From positions 124,001 through 188,000 of the forward strand of contig BAAIJX010000031.1 of assembly GCA_054600435.1 (NCBI GenBank): a stretch of 64,000 nt of DNA. Reading direction: 5' to 3'. A program made the translations under genes and the position numbers. Origin of the DNA: Neophaeotheca triangularis. Taxonomy: Eukaryota. The notes under the pieces were generated by a model, which worked only from the letters and a program-made list of their open reading frames with translations, was not told the origin of the DNA and made no database searches. Positions 60,028 to 64,000 of this stretch are shown one piece after another (within the stretch, counting starts at the first letter, position 1; every line of letters begins with the position of its first letter).

Positions 60028-60915
60028 ATGCCAGCCTACCAAATTCCCTGTGCTCCAACTTCGAACCTTACAGACGACAAGGAGAAAGTACATGAGATGT
60101 TGGCGAGATTGGAGAGACTCGACATCGACCTGAATTTGCAGTTGAACACCATTACCGAAACTTGCCTGGAATTCACCAGTCTGCACGAGAAACTTGTCTC
60201 AAATCTGCACCAGAAGACATCGTGCCGCGCAGATGGGTGTAACGCCCCTTCGTCTTCGTTGGGTAAGTCCGCGACTGCTCACCGGCCCCTGGACGCTGGG
60301 ACTCGCTTGGCTAGCTGTTACGACCTTTTGGAAATGATACTCTTGCAGCTGCCAAACCAGATCGTACTGCTTGCGCAACGTGTGTCGCTGTTCTTCGGTT
60401 TCGTGATCACAACGTCAAAAAGGATACGGGAAAAGTTCTTTCTTACCCCGACCTTGAATGTCTCCGACCCATCGACCACGGAGCTCAACCCACTGTTCAC
60501 ACAAAAAACCTTCCTGGCTAGCCTTCCAGTCTGGTTCGATTTCATGGAACATCGCCTAGCTTACTGTTACCGACCCAACCGTCAACGGCTGTACTGTCGA
60601 GCAGTGTCCGTGCAGGTCAAACAAGATGGTGGGAGCCCCTTCATGGAAGTAGAATTCACCTACCACCGAGAGACGGGATTCGGGACGTTTGGACCAGACG
60701 AACCAGACAACCGCCAAACTCAACTGCTAGAGTCTGGATCCTGGAAGGGGATGTATCTGTCACAGCCTTGTCGCCTGATCATGTGGCATGCCACTGTCTG
60801 TGACAAAAAGAACAACAGAGATAATTGTTACCACGGAATCATCGATGGTGAGCGAAATCTGGACTCAATCTTGGACGGCCTTGCAGAGTCGAAAGTTAAA
60901 GCTTTCGAGACCTAG
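60028..60915 (+). CDS. F-box-like domain hypothetical protein
   Basis: 295-aa ORF containing RLASCYDLLEMILLQLPNQIVLLAQRVS...SKRIREKFFL, LNPLF and GSWKGMYLSQP, typical of expanded fungal F-box-like families. Confidence 0.7.
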   Translation: MPAYQIPCAPTSNLTDDKEKVHEMLARLERLDIDLNLQLNTITETCLEFTSLHEKLVSNLHQKTSCRADGCNAPSSSLGKSATAHRPLDAGTRLASCYDLLEMILLQLPNQIVLLAQRVSLFFGFVITTSKRIREKFFLTPTLNVSDPSTTELNPLFTQKTFLASLPVWFDFMEHRLAYCYRPNRQRLYCRAVSVQVKQDGGSPFMEVEFTYHRETGFGTFGPDEPDNRQTQLLESGSWKGMYLSQPCRLIMWHATVCDKKNNRDNCYHGIIDGERNLDSILDGLAESKVKAFET

Positions 60916-61299
60916 AGGCTCTGTTACGACGAAGGTTTCGATGGTAAGTACAGTATCTTTACGGACGCCACCAAATCGCCTCCCCTTCTGCCACTACTGA
61001 CGATACTGAAGCAAACCACTGGCTCCTTCGAAAACACGAGTCAAAAGCCGGGCAGTCGTGCCACTAACCAAACTGAATCAGGGTCTAATCCCTAGAGGCT
61101 TACCCTGCGCACCTCTCGTGACCGAACCAAAAAGGTTGCTTAGCCAGGATTGAGCAAGACGACTCAAACTCGGTCCGAGCCTTAGCGATCTCTCTCAGAA
61201 TCGGCCTAGTTACGAGCAGGGTGGTCGTACGCTTGAGGCGTCGTATGTAAGATACGCATGGGAACTTCAAGTCCGCTTGATGGGGTTCACACTGAGGTA

Positions 61300-62990
61300 A
61301 ATGAAATTGACTACTACTTATGTTCCCACTCCTGATTTAGCAAGTGAGCTCACTGCCATCCTTTCGACATATGGAATCGCTAACAGTGTTGGAATGGTAA
61401 CCCGTGGAATCGGTGGAATATTTTGGGCCAGGTGTGAATGTCCGCGCCCTCGCCACATGTGCAGATGGGTGACTGTCCATGCGCAACAGATAGGGGGCAT
61501 TGGAAAAATACTTTGCGGTACTCGCAATGTGCCGTATGATTCCACGATGTCCGGCAACGTTCGACGAGCCACGGTAGGACTCTTTTCCATAGAATTTCCT
61601 CATCTTTGCCGACTCGTACACCGAGGAGCTTCTCTTGCCTGACGGTATCGACAAGAGCTCTATGAATTGTCGAGGTTCGGTCCTTTGTCAAGGGAAAACG
61701 TGGCAATCGAGACATAGCGATCCCGAATCTAGATCATGTCGAAGATCGCTTGCGAGTATCAAAGTATCAATGTATCAAGGTCTTCGCCACGGGCTAAGCG
61801 AAATCCTTTCCACTTTTTCCTCGTATGCGATGTGGCACCATACCCCGCAAAACCCGAAAACACCGCTGCCACCGTCTCTTTCATGTCGAACCAAGGATCC
61901 GTAAGCGTGACATCGTTAACTTAAGTGACATCGTTAACTTACGTGCGGCTTGACTTGATCGACTCTCCCTTTCACTCAGTGTCATCCCCAAGAATCCGCT
62001 CAGATAACTCGTGCTCACGTAGAATGAAATGATGGTTGTTGCGACAGGTTCACTCTACTAAGACCCTAGATGGAGGTTTGATCGTTTTCATGAACCACAG
62101 GGAAGGGACAGAGAGCATAGCCATATGTTTGAGTCGCCGAAGAAATTGGAACGATGAGTTCTACCCATGCTTGCTTACGGGCAATTCGCGTCGTACCGTG
62201 GCATTGGTCGATCGGGAACGGGAACTCAGATGTCCAAGACTGAGGACCAAGCTTCACCACCACTGTACGCGGGGACTTTTGACTAGTCTCAACAGGAACG
62301 CCTTCGAGAAGGAGCTCTCGGCTGATGCTATACGACGTGTCTTCGCGAACGCAGAAGTATCGTAAGCGGCTGTTTGCTAATCTTGCCTCGATTTTCGGTT
62401 TGAGACGTTCGCAATGCTTGTTCGACATGCGAGCTGGAAGGCTCAGAGATGCAGAATTCGTCGGGGTGTTTGGAAAGATGTGGAAGTTATCGCTATCCTT
62501 GATGACGTGTCGTAGATACGCGTTTAAGACCCAAGCACAGTAGCAAAGCGGGAGGATGCGGGAGTCGAGTTGAAGACCAAGGCCACCCGAATATTGCTAT
62601 TATTTCCGACCAGGAATCGGAAAGCTGGCAGTGGACATGTGACGATTAGATTGGAGATTCCCCTCCAACCCTGCGGGTCTTCATCGATGCTTGATATCAG
62701 GGTAGAAGTTCTGTATGCGGCCTGTGACTCACACAGACGAAGTTTCGGTGGTGACTGTATTCATGGCGGAAGGTATTGCTGCAAACAAGGCCTTGTCGAA
62801 GGTGACGAAGCCGGTATTGGTCCAGCTCTTGAGGCACATCAGCCACAAAATAGTCTGCTCGTCTAGCTGTCTTCTGCGCGATGATATGGCTGCTTCGGTC
62901 TCACTGAACTTGCGCTCTGGCCCCTCGCTCATTGCCGGTGTTGCGCAGAGGTCAAGGGCCATAGTAGCTAGTTGATGCCACAGCCAACGT
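61300..62990 (-). pseudogene. Fragmented remnant of a large fungal MYND-finger-family protein
   Basis: Broken-frame pieces FPFPIDQCHGTTRIARKQAWVELIVP, EEILWKRVLPWLVERCRTSWNHTAHCEY and CPLSVAHGQSPICTCGEG match the C-terminal half of this family. Multiple stops and frameshifts. Confidence 0.65.
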
Positions 62991-63009
62991 TGCTCGAGCT
63001 AGTACTGGA

Positions 63010-63753
63010 TAGGTGAGTGCTCAATCTTCACAGTCTGCGAGCGATATTCACCGTTGTAGGTCATGTTTGCTGCTCAATGGTTGAGCCTTGCAGGATGAGG
63101 TAGTTTGGTAGGTAACCGTCCTTCGTCAATGCTGGCAATATTGACCACCTCTCAGAGCGCTTCGTCGACTGCAAATCAACGCAATCAAGACACCGGCGAC
63201 CAACCATATTTGCGCCGGCCAGTCTTCTCATTGGCCGCAGACTCACCGACAAAGCAGAGATCTTCTTGAGGCCAATGTGCAGACCGTGTAAATCATATGT
63301 TGCGCAGCTCTTAATTGCGCTCCTTGGCGGTGCGTTTGGCGACCTTGTAAGACCAAGTCCTCCTCTTCAGCACGCGGAACACCGTCGTCTTACTGACATC
63401 AATACCAAGCTCATCCCAAACTGCAAGGCAGATCTCTTCTAAGTATGCGGTAGGCCGGTCGCCAAGGTACTTTAATTTCCACTAACCACTCAGTTAGAAT
63501 GTCAGTCGCAATCGCAGTCGGTCAGAGTAAAGCAACTACTCACATCCTCTTGCGCAGTGGTAATGATTCGTGGCTTTCCATGAACAACACCAGACGGAGC
63601 ATATACAGTGCTGGATAGCTCGAAACACAGCCTCCACCTTGCAATGGTGCGTTTGGACAGGCCAACCTTAGTAGCGACGACAGAGGGGGGCTCGTTGGCC
63701 TCAAGGAGCTCCCTGGCTGGAGCAACGACGTGATCCTCCGCTAATTTGACCAT
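63010..63753 (-). mobile_element. Degenerate Tc1/IS630-like DNA transposase
   Basis: HTH VATKVGLSKRTIARWR; GKPRIITTAQED, an intron, then YLGDRPTAYLEEI..VSKTTVFRVLKRRTWSYK; LCFVGESAANEKTGRRKYGWSP (first catalytic Asp reads Gly); KRSERWSILPALTKDGYL..LQGS. Internal stops and a frameshift. Confidence 0.85.
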
Positions 63754-64000
63754 GACCGCAGTTACACCTCCAATTTGCCTATACCAACGATGTTCACATG
63801 ATATTGAGGCTTCAAGAGCATGAATATAATGGTTATAACTACGGTGATGGAGCTGTCACCAGACTTAGGTGAGGGCTTGACCAGCTCCGCAATCTTCGGC
63901 GTGCGACACCTCATACGGTACAGATTGTATTAGTACTAATTCACTAGCTATCGTGGTCTCGAGGCTCTTAGCTGATGTGAGGGAGGCCTGTTGCCTAGCT

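Overview
Eukaryotic, intron-containing DNA from a filamentous ascomycete. GT-AG introns with CTRAC-type branch sites, RIP-mutated repeats and the gene families present suggest a Dothideomycete (inference). About 1-36 kb is mostly core genes: a giant Msb2-type signalling mucin, eIF3g, OLE1, PRO1, Aurora kinase, a Paa1-like GNAT, DDI1, NOG1, an Fe-ADH, and a divergent hmgX/TTC36-like + hppD pair. About 36-55 kb is accessory and metabolic: two amidohydrolases, a LaeA-like methyltransferase, a P450, a secreted bacterial-like esterase, a deuterolysin, and a divergent pair of PLOD-type glycosyltransferase-like genes. About 55-64 kb is decayed: a DUF1593 gene inactivated by CAA>TAA changes beside a RIP-degenerated LTR-retrotransposon nest, an F-box-like gene, a MYND-family pseudogene and a Tc1/IS630 transposase relic. 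The leading candidates for something undescribed are (i) a 494-nt, hairpin-rich intron with a second, out-of-frame 5' splice site in the polyamine-acetyltransferase-like gene, (ii) the hmgX/TTC36-hppD module sitting among aromatic-modifying enzymes without the rest of the usual tyrosine cluster, and (iii) the head-to-head glycosyltransferase-like paralogue pair. All calls come from reading the sequence by eye; no searches were run.
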